64,000 nt of DNA from Deinococcaceae bacterium. Lineage in GTDB: Bacteria; Deinococcota; Deinococci; Deinococcales; Deinococcaceae. Positions 29,327 to 38,136 of this stretch are shown here, piece by piece (position 1 is the stretch's first letter; each line of letters starts with the position of its first letter). The stretch is from assembly GCA_046327935.1 (NCBI GenBank), contig JAXLXL010000001.1, positions 1,152,386 to 1,216,385 on the forward strand, read 5' to 3'. The notes beneath the pieces were generated by a model. It did no database searches, was not told the DNA's origin, and saw only the letters and a list, made by a program, of their open reading frames with translations. The position numbers and the translations under genes are program-made.

Positions 29327-31246
29327 ATGGCCAATGCACATAAGCCAGAGGTTTTCGAACCTCTACTGAATGACCGTTACCGTCTCGAAGATGCCATTGG
29401 AGAAGGGGGCAGCGCTTGTGTGTACCGTGCCTTCGACGTTCACTTGGGTCGCTATGTGGCACTCAAGGTGTTGCATCCCCATGTTGTTGCGACCGACCAA
29501 TTGCGTTTTGAACGTGAAATTCGAGCCCTTGCCCAAATCTCTCACCCGGGTATCGTTTCCATTTTGGATTTTGGTCGGGATGTACAAGGTCGGCTGTTTT
29601 TGGTCATGCCGCTCTTGATGGGGGGATCATTTCACGATCTCGGGCCCGTCGAAAATTCCCCCGAACACATCGAGGCTTTTTTGTCTGCTTCGTTCAGGGT
29701 CTTGGACGCACTTTCCTACCTTCACGGGCAGGCCATGGTTCACCGAGACCTCACTCCCCGAAATATTTTGTTTGGGTTGGATGGCTGTCCCCGGCTGATG
29801 GACTTCGGACTCATTCATTTCACAGATGAACTGCAGGAACTGACTCGGACAGGCTACACGTTGGGAACGCCAGAGTACATGGCACCAGAGCAGGCCAAAG
29901 GGGGAGAGGTCAGTTCTGCGAGTGACATGTACGCCTTCGGTGCGGTGATGTACCGTGTTCTTGTTGGTCGGGTGCCTTTTGAAGGGGACAACGATCAGAG
30001 CGTGCTTTACCAACACGTCTACGAAACCCCAATTGCGCCCATAGAGAGAAACCCAGCGCTGCCCGGTGCCCTGTCGGATGCGATTTTGAGTTTCTTGGAA
30101 AAAGATCCCACCCGGCGTCCTGCGAGTGGAGTAGAAGCATGCAACATCTTGCGTCACGCCCAGCAGCAAATGAAATCTGAACATTTTTGTGGGCAGTACC
30201 GTGGGGGCAGGTCGCGAACGGGCGTCCACTCAGGGGGAATCAAAAACCCCGTTTCTCTTTCATTGGATTGGACGCTCTCTCTCGGCACCGAACTCGCTTG
30301 GCCGGGTGCCTTGGTCGCCAATCCAGACCTCTTGGTCTTGGGTGGCAGAAACCGAAAATTGCACTTGATTTCTCCGTCCGGGTGTTCTTTTAAAACCATA
30401 GAGGCTGACGATGAAATTACAGCCCCAGCACTCCTTTCTCCGAATCGGGTTACCTTTGGAACGTGGAAGGGTACAGTGTATCACTGCGACCTTTTGGGAA
30501 ATACCTTGTGGAAATGCGCTGTGGGTGACGAAATACATTCGACCCCATTGGACTGGAAAGGTGCCCTCATTGTCCCGTCTCGACGTGGGGAAATCCATTC
30601 ACTGGACGTTGAAACAGGCCAAAGCCGGTGGGTGTATGCAGCCGAAGGTCCGGTGGTGTCTTCGCCGCTCGTTTGGAAAAACACGCTCATTGTGGCCGAC
30701 GAACAGGGATGGATCCATGGCATTGAGGCACACACAGGTCAGTTTTTGTGGAAAATCGAGGTCGGATCTGTCAATGCAACACCAGCAATGGCTTTCTGGA
30801 AAGGCATTCCGGTTCTCGTCGTGCCCTGTTGGTCTGGCGAAGTGCATGCCCTTGCGTGTGACACCCGAGGACACGTCCTCATGCCCAAGGAAGATCCCCT
30901 GTTGTGGACTTTCGATTTGGGTGGGGCGGTGTGGGGAAGTCCTGCCCTTTACAACGGCCATGTGTACATCGGTTCTTGGTCTGGTTGTATCCACGCCCTG
31001 TCTTTGGACAGCGGAGACGAACTCTGGAATGCCAATCTGGACAGCTGTTTGACCTCCAGTCCTATTTTTTCTGAAGGTGTCGTGTATCAGGCGAGTGAAG
31101 GGGGAAAAGTGTGTGCCTTTCGTGCACAAGATGGACGCATGTTGTGGTCCCATTCGAGCGAAACTGGAATACAAACCACACCACTGATCGCACACCAAAA
31201 GCTCTACGTGGCGTCAATGGACGGTGTGGTTCATGCATTTAAGTGA
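29327..31246 (+). CDS. Hanks-type Ser/Thr protein kinase with C-terminal PQQ-like beta-propeller repeats
   Basis: GEGGSACVYRA, VALKVL, HRDLTPRN, DFGL and PEYMAPEQ. C-terminal repeated W-x-hydrophobic blades typical of BamB/PQQ propellers. Confidence 0.8.
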   Translation: MANAHKPEVFEPLLNDRYRLEDAIGEGGSACVYRAFDVHLGRYVALKVLHPHVVATDQLRFEREIRALAQISHPGIVSILDFGRDVQGRLFLVMPLLMGGSFHDLGPVENSPEHIEAFLSASFRVLDALSYLHGQAMVHRDLTPRNILFGLDGCPRLMDFGLIHFTDELQELTRTGYTLGTPEYMAPEQAKGGEVSSASDMYAFGAVMYRVLVGRVPFEGDNDQSVLYQHVYETPIAPIERNPALPGALSDAILSFLEKDPTRRPASGVEACNILRHAQQQMKSEHFCGQYRGGRSRTGVHSGGIKNPVSLSLDWTLSLGTELAWPGALVANPDLLVLGGRNRKLHLISPSGCSFKTIEADDEITAPALLSPNRVTFGTWKGTVYHCDLLGNTLWKCAVGDEIHSTPLDWKGALIVPSRRGEIHSLDVETGQSRWVYAAEGPVVSSPLVWKNTLIVADEQGWIHGIEAHTGQFLWKIEVGSVNATPAMAFWKGIPVLVVPCWSGEVHALACDTRGHVLMPKEDPLLWTFDLGGAVWGSPALYNGHVYIGSWSGCIHALSLDSGDELWNANLDSCLTSSPIFSEGVVYQASEGGKVCAFRAQDGRMLWSHSSETGIQTTPLIAHQKLYVASMDGVVHAFK

Positions 31247-32762
31247 TCTTCTTGGAATCAATTTTGATGAGGTCGCTCAAGATGCCTTCGAGGCCACCGT
31301 GAACGGTAATGGAGTCGATCTTCTCTGTGACGCGCTCGAGTGTTTCCAATTCCTTGAGCCGAAGCGCAACAGGGTTGTCTTCCATCACCCGGGCGGTGTT
31401 GAGCAAGCTGCGTGTGGCAGCGGTTTCTTCGCGGCGACGGATGACGTTGGCTTGGGCGGATTTTTCTGCTTCCACGACCCGAGACAAGATGGTTTTCATT
31501 TCACCGGGCAAAATGATGTCTTTTACGCCAACCGATTCCAGGGCGATCCCAAGGCCAATCGCCTTTTCGGAGACAAACTCAAAAATAAACGGATCCAAAA
31601 ACCCCTTGTTGTCCAGAATCTCATCCAATGTGCGGGTTCCAACGGCAGCCCTGAGGGCAAATTGCAGTTCTTTGTACAGGTACGCTTCGATGTCGACCAA
31701 CTTGGACGTGACCAGCAGAGGATCAACAATGCGGTACCCAGCTGTCAGGTTGAGCCGGACCGAGATCTTGTCTTTGGTCAGAATCTCTTGGCCACTGACC
31801 TCCAGGATTTGCAACCTCAAATCGATTACCCGACTGCGCAAATGGCGGCCCACCTTCCAAAATGCGTGTCCCCCGACTGCCAGGGATTCGTGCAATTTTC
31901 CATCACAGTATAACAATCCGATATGGTTTTCGGAAACTTCAACATATTCCATAAAAGTAGCAAGTGGATGGCCCTTGAGGGTGACGGCGATCTCGTGGGG
32001 AACTCGAAAATGCTCAGATATATCGATGGTTTCAAGGCGTGTCACATTGTCTTTGAGGTACATTCCACTTTGGGTCGGTGCCACAATGCTGGCAAAGGCT
32101 GTGCCTCGGTAAACCAGCGTCAGTTCATGGGCTTTCATTTCGACGTAAACAAAATGCTCGAGCCACTCAGGGTAGAGAGACAAAATGACAATTTGTGTTT
32201 CTTTTGGAATGGACACAGTGGTATGTAGTGTCTGGACTCCGATCGCTTCCAAGTCCTTCCAGTAGAGCTTTCGCTCACCGGGACGAACAATATCTCGCAG
32301 TGTTTTGTCCGCATCAACCAGTGCAAATGCACTTTGGCCAGGATGAACATCCACGAAGGATAACAGCCAATGTGTATTTTGGTTGTTGTATAGGTCGTGT
32401 CTCGCAGGAAGGGTCAGACCACCCTGGATGCTGAGCCGTTCAAAGGTGAGTGGGGCTGTTCCTTTCCAAAAAATGGCCTGCGTTTGTGGGCCAATAATAT
32501 CGATAATCTGGCCTTTTCGACGCACAATGGTGATTTCAAGGGCCTGCGTTTCAACTTTTTCGTAGTATTGTGACACTTTTGTCTTATTCTGATTCCACAA
32601 AATGTCGACCAAATCGCCTTCAACCCTGGGTTTTCTCGTGTCAAAAATCTGGACTGTTCCCCGAACGGACTGGCGTCCTTCTGGCAGAATGGATAAAAGA
32701 CGTTTGTTTTCAAAAACCAGCGCCAGTTCATAGGGCTGTACAGTTATTTTCTTCATGAACAT
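31239..32762 (-). CDS. SPFH/band-7 domain protein with large N-terminal domain
   Basis: C-terminal ILTKDKISVRLNLTAGYRIVDP...RAAVGTRTLDEIL...GIALESVGVKDIILPGE stomatin/prohibitin-like core. Start MFMKKI at 32762 with an AAGG RBS. Confidence 0.7.
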   Translation of the reverse strand: MFMKKITVQPYELALVFENKRLLSILPEGRQSVRGTVQIFDTRKPRVEGDLVDILWNQNKTKVSQYYEKVETQALEITIVRRKGQIIDIIGPQTQAIFWKGTAPLTFERLSIQGGLTLPARHDLYNNQNTHWLLSFVDVHPGQSAFALVDADKTLRDIVRPGERKLYWKDLEAIGVQTLHTTVSIPKETQIVILSLYPEWLEHFVYVEMKAHELTLVYRGTAFASIVAPTQSGMYLKDNVTRLETIDISEHFRVPHEIAVTLKGHPLATFMEYVEVSENHIGLLYCDGKLHESLAVGGHAFWKVGRHLRSRVIDLRLQILEVSGQEILTKDKISVRLNLTAGYRIVDPLLVTSKLVDIEAYLYKELQFALRAAVGTRTLDEILDNKGFLDPFIFEFVSEKAIGLGIALESVGVKDIILPGEMKTILSRVVEAEKSAQANVIRRREETAATRSLLNTARVMEDNPVALRLKELETLERVTEKIDSITVHGGLEGILSDLIKIDSKKIT

Positions 32763-33004
32763 TGCTGTTAACCTTTCTTTTCTCAATAGAGAATGGACTG
32801 CCTTGACCGACCCCAAAGTGATGTGGGAGAAAACGTGCACTGACGATATGCCAAATACCAAAGTACCCAAACTGCACGGCCTTTTTGGCTCAGGCAGGCA
32901 CGAAAGCGGACCCAATCTCGCAGACAAAACCCCGAAGGCAAACGGTGCAGAAAACGCTGTGGTTTGCAGGTCTTGACAGCCCATTCCAAAAAACGGTGGC
33001 CTTT

Positions 33005-33210
33005 CGACCAAGAGGATTCGAACCTCACAACAAACATGCTGTTGTTTAACCAAAGTGACCAAAGTGAAATGCTCTCACCGCTGAGCTAGCCTCGCTTTTA
33101 CGCAAGACAAAGGATTCGAACCTTTGACCCCTTCATTTTCCAAGCGTTCAAAGCTTGTTGGTTGAAACCCTCACTACGGAGGATTTCCAGTTTGAACTTT
33201 CCAAGCGTTC
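33005..33210 (-). other. Cluster of tRNA-derived fragments and short direct repeats (probable integration scar)
   Basis: Two GGTTCGAATCC T-loop/3'-half motifs on the minus strand, one with a GGGTC variable region like tRNA-Pro. Also a tRNA 5'-half-like segment (GCGAGGCTAGCTCAGCGGTGAGAGC) with a 9-nt internal tandem duplication. No acceptor-stem complementarity, so no intact tRNA. 13-bp direct repeat TTTCCAAGCGTTC at about 33136-33150 and 33198-33210. Confidence 0.3.
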
Positions 33211-33631
33211 TCGGTATACCCCAGGGAAACCAAAGTCCCAGGGCACCAGTGAGGCATACAGAACCTCAACCGCTGTTACTGGCCTCGAAGGTTCTTTGAA
33301 ATTCTAGGGGAAACATGTGATGTGTGTATGTGAGAAATGGCCTAGAGAGTGTCCTGCAAATATTTGTTGGGTTTATTTTGAATTGGAGATGGTGTTGAGG
33401 GAGGTGACAGCTGAGGATACCTGCGGTTGGTTCAAACATTCCTTTTGGAAAAGATCATGGACCACTGGATTGGGCGTGGCTGGTTTTCTAAAGGGTCTAA
33501 TTTGAGATGAAAAAACGTTGCTGTATGATGTGCAGAACGAAATTGAGATGAATTTGAAAGATGCGATTTCCGCCTTCAGTCTTTGAGGTTTCATCCATTG
33601 AAATGGCATTTTACAGCGGGTTTCATAATTA

Positions 33632-34165
33632 TTAGGAATTAACAAAGGACATAAAATGCTTTTTATATCCTTCTATATTTTCAGGAGTTACAGCCTCTAC
33701 GCATTCTTGAATGATATTTTCTATGTTATCTATTGTTTTACTTGGATATCTTCTTATTCCATTCTTTATTTTCGAAATCGATTCTTCTATTGGATTCAAT
33801 TCTGGACTATAGGGAGGTATATATAGTATTTCTATTCCATTCTCTTCAAATAAATCTTTTACAGATTTCGTTTTATGTACGCTTAAATTATCCATTACTA
33901 TTTTTCTAATACCAATCTTTTTGATTTCTTCGCAAAATATCTCTATATATTTTAAAAATACGTCAGTATTCATTGTTCCATCAATTATAAACGTGCACAC
34001 CATTTTCATATGTAGAATGAGTATTACATTTCTCTTTTTCCTTCTTTTTGATCTATTTATTTTGCAATATAGTCTTTTTTTATGACTCCATCCATAGAGG
34101 GTTTCACAATCTATATGTACGCCAAATTCATCTAAAAATCCAATTTCATTTAAATCACTTTTCAA
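33632..34165 (-). CDS. IS630 transposase DDE catalytic part (OrfB)
   Basis: DNLSVHKT...YIPPYSPELNPIEE DDE motif region. The frame is open upstream to the A8 tract, +1 relative to OrfA. Confidence 0.8.
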   Translation of the reverse strand: MKSDLNEIGFLDEFGVHIDCETLYGWSHKKRLYCKINRSKRRKKRNVILILHMKMVCTFIIDGTMNTDVFLKYIEIFCEEIKKIGIRKIVMDNLSVHKTKSVKDLFEENGIEILYIPPYSPELNPIEESISKIKNGIRRYPSKTIDNIENIIQECVEAVTPENIEGYKKHFMSFVNS

Positions 34166-34217
34166 AATCTCTTCAATAAATGCCTCTCTTTTTATTATAT
34201 TTGATGGTGTTTCTTTT

Positions 34218-34580
34218 TCAAGTGCGATATAAGTTTTTTTTATACTTTATCCCCGCACGTTGAAACGCTCTATACATTGTCGCTTTTTTCACGGTCACAC
34301 CATACATTTTCTCCCATTCTTGACACGCTTTTTCTAAGGTAATATCCGGCATACTTTGTACCATTGCTCTTAGATTTTCAAAGTCTGCAATATCTATACG
34401 GGGTGGCTTTTTAGTTCCTCTTTTTTTAGGTTCCAATACATTGTTGTCATCAAGCTGCAAGTATCGTCCAACAGCCGAGGAAGAAACATTATATATTTCT
34501 GCAACCTCTTTTATTGTGTATCCTTCATAGTATTTTTCAACTATTCTTTTTCTAAGATCTAAACTATAAGTTACTGGCAT
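34218..34580 (-). CDS. IS630 transposase N-terminal HTH part (OrfA)
   Basis: HTH of the IS630/Tc1 family. Ends at a T8/A8 tract. Confidence 0.8.
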   Translation of the reverse strand: MPVTYSLDLRKRIVEKYYEGYTIKEVAEIYNVSSSAVGRYLQLDDNNVLEPKKRGTKKPPRIDIADFENLRAMVQSMPDITLEKACQEWEKMYGVTVKKATMYRAFQRAGIKYKKNLYRT

Positions 34581-34727
34581 ACATAGATTTTACCACATTA
34601 CATTCAAAAATAAAATATCCCCAAAATTAATAAACTTGCTGTAACGGCCAAAATAATGTACCTTTTTAATTCTTCATCTTGCAAACTGGTGTATCGATCT
34701 TACTTTGATCCGAAATTTGATTTACGG

Positions 34728-35405
34728 CTAAAGATCGGTCATATAGGGGAATGCAAAGCTTGCGACCAGTCCGTAAACGATGTCGAAAACGAGCAAAAGA
34801 GCCATCCAAGACAGAAAGGCTTGGGGTTCTGAGTGTCCACTGATCAGTGAAATGGCATTCACAGCACCCAAAACCACGGGAACCACAACCGGAAACATCA
34901 AAATGGGGAGCAGCGCCTCTTTGGCACGCAGCGTCACTGTCAATGCCGCGTAAAAGGTTGAGACGATTGAAAACCCGAGAACGCCGAGCAAGACGGTCAG
35001 GAAAAAGTACACAATGTCCAGCGGCCCAGCCGGCGAAAAAAATGGATAGATGATCCAGGAAATGGGTGAGGCAATGGCGGCCAAAATGGACATCAAGATG
35101 AAATTGGCCAGCATTTTCCCGAGATAAACGTGACTTCTGTGTGTGGGATAAAGCATCAATTGTTCGAGGGCTTCACTTTCCGCTTCCCGATTCCAAGAAC
35201 GCCCGGCTGCCAAAACAGAGGAAAAGGCAATCGCCGTCCACAGAATCCCGGGACCGGCCAAACTGAGGACACTGGAGTGGTTTCCCAAAGCAAAGCCGAG
35301 GATGAGCATCACAAGTGCTGAAAAAAACGATACATTCGAGAAAATATCCTTGGAACGCCCTTCCAGATGCAGATCCTTAAGTGCCACTTTCCAAAGGGTG
35401 TTCAT
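34728..35405 (-). CDS. ccmB: Heme exporter protein CcmB
   Basis: About 225 aa, 6-TM CcmB-like. ATGA overlap with ccmA. Confidence 0.7.
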   Translation of the reverse strand: MNTLWKVALKDLHLEGRSKDIFSNVSFFSALVMLILGFALGNHSSVLSLAGPGILWTAIAFSSVLAAGRSWNREAESEALEQLMLYPTHRSHVYLGKMLANFILMSILAAIASPISWIIYPFFSPAGPLDIVYFFLTVLLGVLGFSIVSTFYAALTVTLRAKEALLPILMFPVVVPVVLGAVNAISLISGHSEPQAFLSWMALLLVFDIVYGLVASFAFPYMTDL

Positions 35406-36025
35406 GTGAGCCGTCCATTGTTTAGCGTGACAAAATGCGTTCCCAAGGCAGATGCCCACTGCGGTTCGTGACTGGAAATGACCAAAGTTCGCCCTTTCTC
35501 GCGTTCTCCGATGAGCAAATCCTGGGCCAGTTGCTTTCCATCTGTATCCAAATTGGCGAAAGGCTCGTCCAGCAGGAGCAATGGACTGGGAACAAGAAGC
35601 ATCCGGCCAAGAACCGCCCGTTTGCGCATGCCGGCACTGAGTTCTCGGACCCTTTTGTGTCGGGCATGAGAGAGCCCTACTTTATCGAGGCACTGCGGAA
35701 TGCCTGTCGTGCCGACGTTGTACATGGACGTGGCAAATTTGAGGTTTTCTTCGACGGTGAGATCCGCGTACAGGCCCTGTTGGTGACCGATGAAGTGTGC
35801 GTGTTCTCGAACGGCCCCCCCATCAAAGAGATCGTATCCAAAGATTCGACCCTCTCCAGAATTGGCCTTGAGGCTGCCGGCCAGGATGCGCAGGAGTGTG
35901 GTTTTTCCGCTGCCGTTGCTTCCGTACAAAACCAGGCTGTCACCACGCCGCAAGTCAAAATTGACGGAGGTGAGCACCCAATGGCGGCCGAACCGTTTGG
36001 CAATGTCGCGAAGCTCCAAGGCCAT
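35402..36025 (-). CDS. ccmA: Heme ABC exporter ATP-binding protein CcmA
   Basis: Walker A GSNGSGKTT, signature LSAGMRKR, Walker B LLLDEPFANLD. The internal start MALELRD is preferred. Confidence 0.8.
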   Translation of the reverse strand: MALELRDIAKRFGRHWVLTSVNFDLRRGDSLVLYGSNGSGKTTLLRILAGSLKANSGEGRIFGYDLFDGGAVREHAHFIGHQQGLYADLTVEENLKFATSMYNVGTTGIPQCLDKVGLSHARHKRVRELSAGMRKRAVLGRMLLVPSPLLLLDEPFANLDTDGKQLAQDLLIGEREKGRTLVISSHEPQWASALGTHFVTLNNGRLT

Positions 36026-36035
36026 GCCAGACAAT

Positions 36036-36713
36036 TTAGAGTCCAAAGCGCGTCCAACCTTCGGGCAACAGGCCCAGAAAAAATCGGGAGAGTTCCACAA
36101 ATTGACCCGTTGCGATCAAGATGCCCACAACCACGAGAAGAACACCGCCGCATTTTTCAATGGTTCCCGTGTAGCGCGACATCCACCTCAGGTTCATATT
36201 GCGCCACAACAGTGCCGTCAGCAAAAAGGGAATGCCCAAACCCAGAGCGTACAGGGTGAGTAGAAGAACGCCTTGTTTGAGTTGGCCTTGTGTCGTGGCG
36301 AGACTCAAAATACTGCCCAGCATGGGGCCAATGCACGGTGTCCATCCCAAGGCAAACGCCGCGCCCAGGGCAATGGGACCGTAGTCGGAGGCTTTTTGGA
36401 GGCTCATTCGGTGGTCTTGTGTGAGAAAAGGAATGCGCAAAATGCCCAACAGGTTGAGGCCGAAGCACACGATCAGAATGCCGCTCATCGGGGTGAGCCA
36501 ATACAGTTGAGACGTCAGGAAATGGCCCAATGCACTGGCGCTGGCGCCCAGAGCAATGAAAACCAAACTGAATCCCAGGACAAACCCGAGCGCGCGAAGG
36601 CCGGTTTTTTGTCCTCCCAAAACACCCAAGTACGAAGGCACGAGGGGCAACACACAGGGAGACAAAAAAGAGAGCACACCGGCAAATAGAGCGACACTGA
36701 AAGAGGCATCCAC
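36036..36713 (-). CDS. ccdA: Cytochrome c-type biogenesis thiol-disulfide transporter CcdA (DsbD-core family)
   Basis: LSPCVLPLVP and WTPCIGP paired-cysteine TM motifs. GTG start. Confidence 0.8.
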   Translation of the reverse strand: MDASFSVALFAGVLSFLSPCVLPLVPSYLGVLGGQKTGLRALGFVLGFSLVFIALGASASALGHFLTSQLYWLTPMSGILIVCFGLNLLGILRIPFLTQDHRMSLQKASDYGPIALGAAFALGWTPCIGPMLGSILSLATTQGQLKQGVLLLTLYALGLGIPFLLTALLWRNMNLRWMSRYTGTIEKCGGVLLVVVGILIATGQFVELSRFFLGLLPEGWTRFGL

Positions 36714-38136
36714 AACACTTCATTCTAACGCCAGTTGGACGTCTTTTTTGAGAGCGAAAAAGCGACTCACCCAACAGGGCCAACAGCGTGGCAAGGGATC
36801 CCAAGCCGAACATATCTCCAAAAGCCACAAAGGGTGTCCAGATTTTTTGTCCACTGATTGCCATAAGCGAGGCATTTTGGCCCGGTAGCATTTCTGTTAG
36901 GGGATTGCCCAAAGGGTCGTAAGCTGCACTGGGTCCCGACTGGGACGCGTGAATGACGTAGCGTCCCGTTGATACCGCCCGAAACCGACTGACATCGCGG
37001 TGCAGTTTGGGTATCGGCGTTCCCTGGGCAAACGTGGTGTTGGTGAGCATGACCAATAGGTCGCTTTGGGGGGCCAATTCTCGAGACAGCTGTTCCGAGA
37101 GCGTATCCCAGCAAATTTGGATGCCCAGTAAGAATCCAGCCACCTTGGGAAGACCTTGTGCTTTTGCGGCCAGGATATCCGACTCAAAAAAAGGCGCAGG
37201 AACCCTCTTGTTGTATGCGACGCTCAAACTGTGTGTGTCCCACAAAAAAGCGCTGTTGTACAGACGTTTTGACAGCGCTGTACGGTGATATCCACCCGCC
37301 AATACGGGTGGCAGATGCTCAAATCCCGCGAGGATATCTGCATACACCTGTGGGTCCGACGCATCTGCCGGTATGGACGATTCGGGCCATAAAATCAATT
37401 GGGCGTGCATCTGGGCTGCATATTTGGAGAGTTTTCGGTAGCGTTTGATCAGGTTTCTGCGCGTTTCGGGCCACAAATAGGCTTTTCGGTGTTCTTCTGG
37501 TGCGATTGCCCCTTGGACAACCGCAAGTCTGAGCTGTTTCTGGATTGGGGCTTTCTTTGTCTGTGAGATTGCTTGTGGCAAACATGTGGCCACCACCAGA
37601 AGACCCAATCCCAACAGCATAGGTTGAATTTTTCGGGTACGCACACCCTGGTACACGCAACCATTGAACACCAGAACGAGCCATGCGACACCGTGAACGC
37701 CACTCCAAAAGGCCGCTTTGAGCAGTGGAGAATCGGCTTGTGCATAGCCAATCGAAATGGGATTGGACCACGATCCGAAGTTGCCGAGTGCGTTTAGGGT
37801 TTCACATGCCAGCCAAAGCAGCGCAAACGCCCAAGCCGTCTGCATTTTTTCCCGAAAGAAGACGACACCCAATCCAACCAGGCCGTAGCCCAAACCGAGG
37901 GCCAAAATCAACAGGGCCATGAGGGTGGGTTGCAGGTGAAATGCCCCACCGTAAGCCATCACCCAGATGGGTAAGGACGCGCAGTAGGTGAGGTAAAATC
38001 CCATTCTGAGGCTTTGCGTTTTTTCCAGTGCCCAGAGCAGCGGAAGAAAGGCGATCCAGGCAAGATAGGGACATGTGACAGATCCTGCAAGCAGTGTCCC
38101 AGAAAGCCATGGTGCAATCCACTGACTTGGTTTCAT
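36157..38136 (-). CDS. lnt: Apolipoprotein N-acyltransferase Lnt, with 3' end apparently frameshifted
   Basis: N-terminal polytopic domain plus CN-hydrolase domain with catalytic E (LILWPESS), K (YNKRVPAPF) and C (IQICWDTL). The genuine C-terminus (hydrophobic helix then RSQKRR) lies at about 36700. The ORF runs a further 180 aa out of frame across ccdA. Confidence 0.7.
   Translation of the reverse strand: MKPSQWIAPWLSGTLLAGSVTCPYLAWIAFLPLLWALEKTQSLRMGFYLTYCASLPIWVMAYGGAFHLQPTLMALLILALGLGYGLVGLGVVFFREKMQTAWAFALLWLACETLNALGNFGSWSNPISIGYAQADSPLLKAAFWSGVHGVAWLVLVFNGCVYQGVRTRKIQPMLLGLGLLVVATCLPQAISQTKKAPIQKQLRLAVVQGAIAPEEHRKAYLWPETRRNLIKRYRKLSKYAAQMHAQLILWPESSIPADASDPQVYADILAGFEHLPPVLAGGYHRTALSKRLYNSAFLWDTHSLSVAYNKRVPAPFFESDILAAKAQGLPKVAGFLLGIQICWDTLSEQLSRELAPQSDLLVMLTNTTFAQGTPIPKLHRDVSRFRAVSTGRYVIHASQSGPSAAYDPLGNPLTEMLPGQNASLMAISGQKIWTPFVAFGDMFGLGSLATLLALLGESLFRSQKRRPTGVRMKCCGCLFQCRSICRCALFFVSLCVAPRAFVLGCFGRTKNRPSRARVCPGIQFGFHCSGRQRQCIGPFPDVSTVLAHPDERHSDRVLRPQPVGHFAHSFSHTRPPNEPPKSLRLRSHCPGRGVCLGMDTVHWPHAGQYFESRHDTRPTQTRRSSTHPVRSGFGHSLFADGTVVAQYEPEVDVALHGNH

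Larger units (their letters stand above)
33614..34641 (-). mobile_element. IS630-family insertion sequence, copy 1 (1028 bp, TA target duplication)
   Basis: Imperfect terminal inverted repeats CAGCGGGTTTCATAATTATT / CAGCAAGTTTATTAATTTTG, flanked by TA at 33612-33613 and 34642-34643. About 30% GC against a roughly 57% host. Two ORFs: HTH OrfA and DDE OrfB. Confidence 0.85.

Noticed and set aside
31224-32112. Plus-strand ORFs 31224-31913 and 31309-32112
   Set aside because: Antisense to the SPFH gene.
33005-33125. Possibility that the T-loop-containing sequence is an intact tRNA or a tmRNA
   Set aside because: No 5'/3' acceptor complementarity in any register, a 6-nt anticodon-like loop, and no tmRNA 5' end or tag-reading-frame features.
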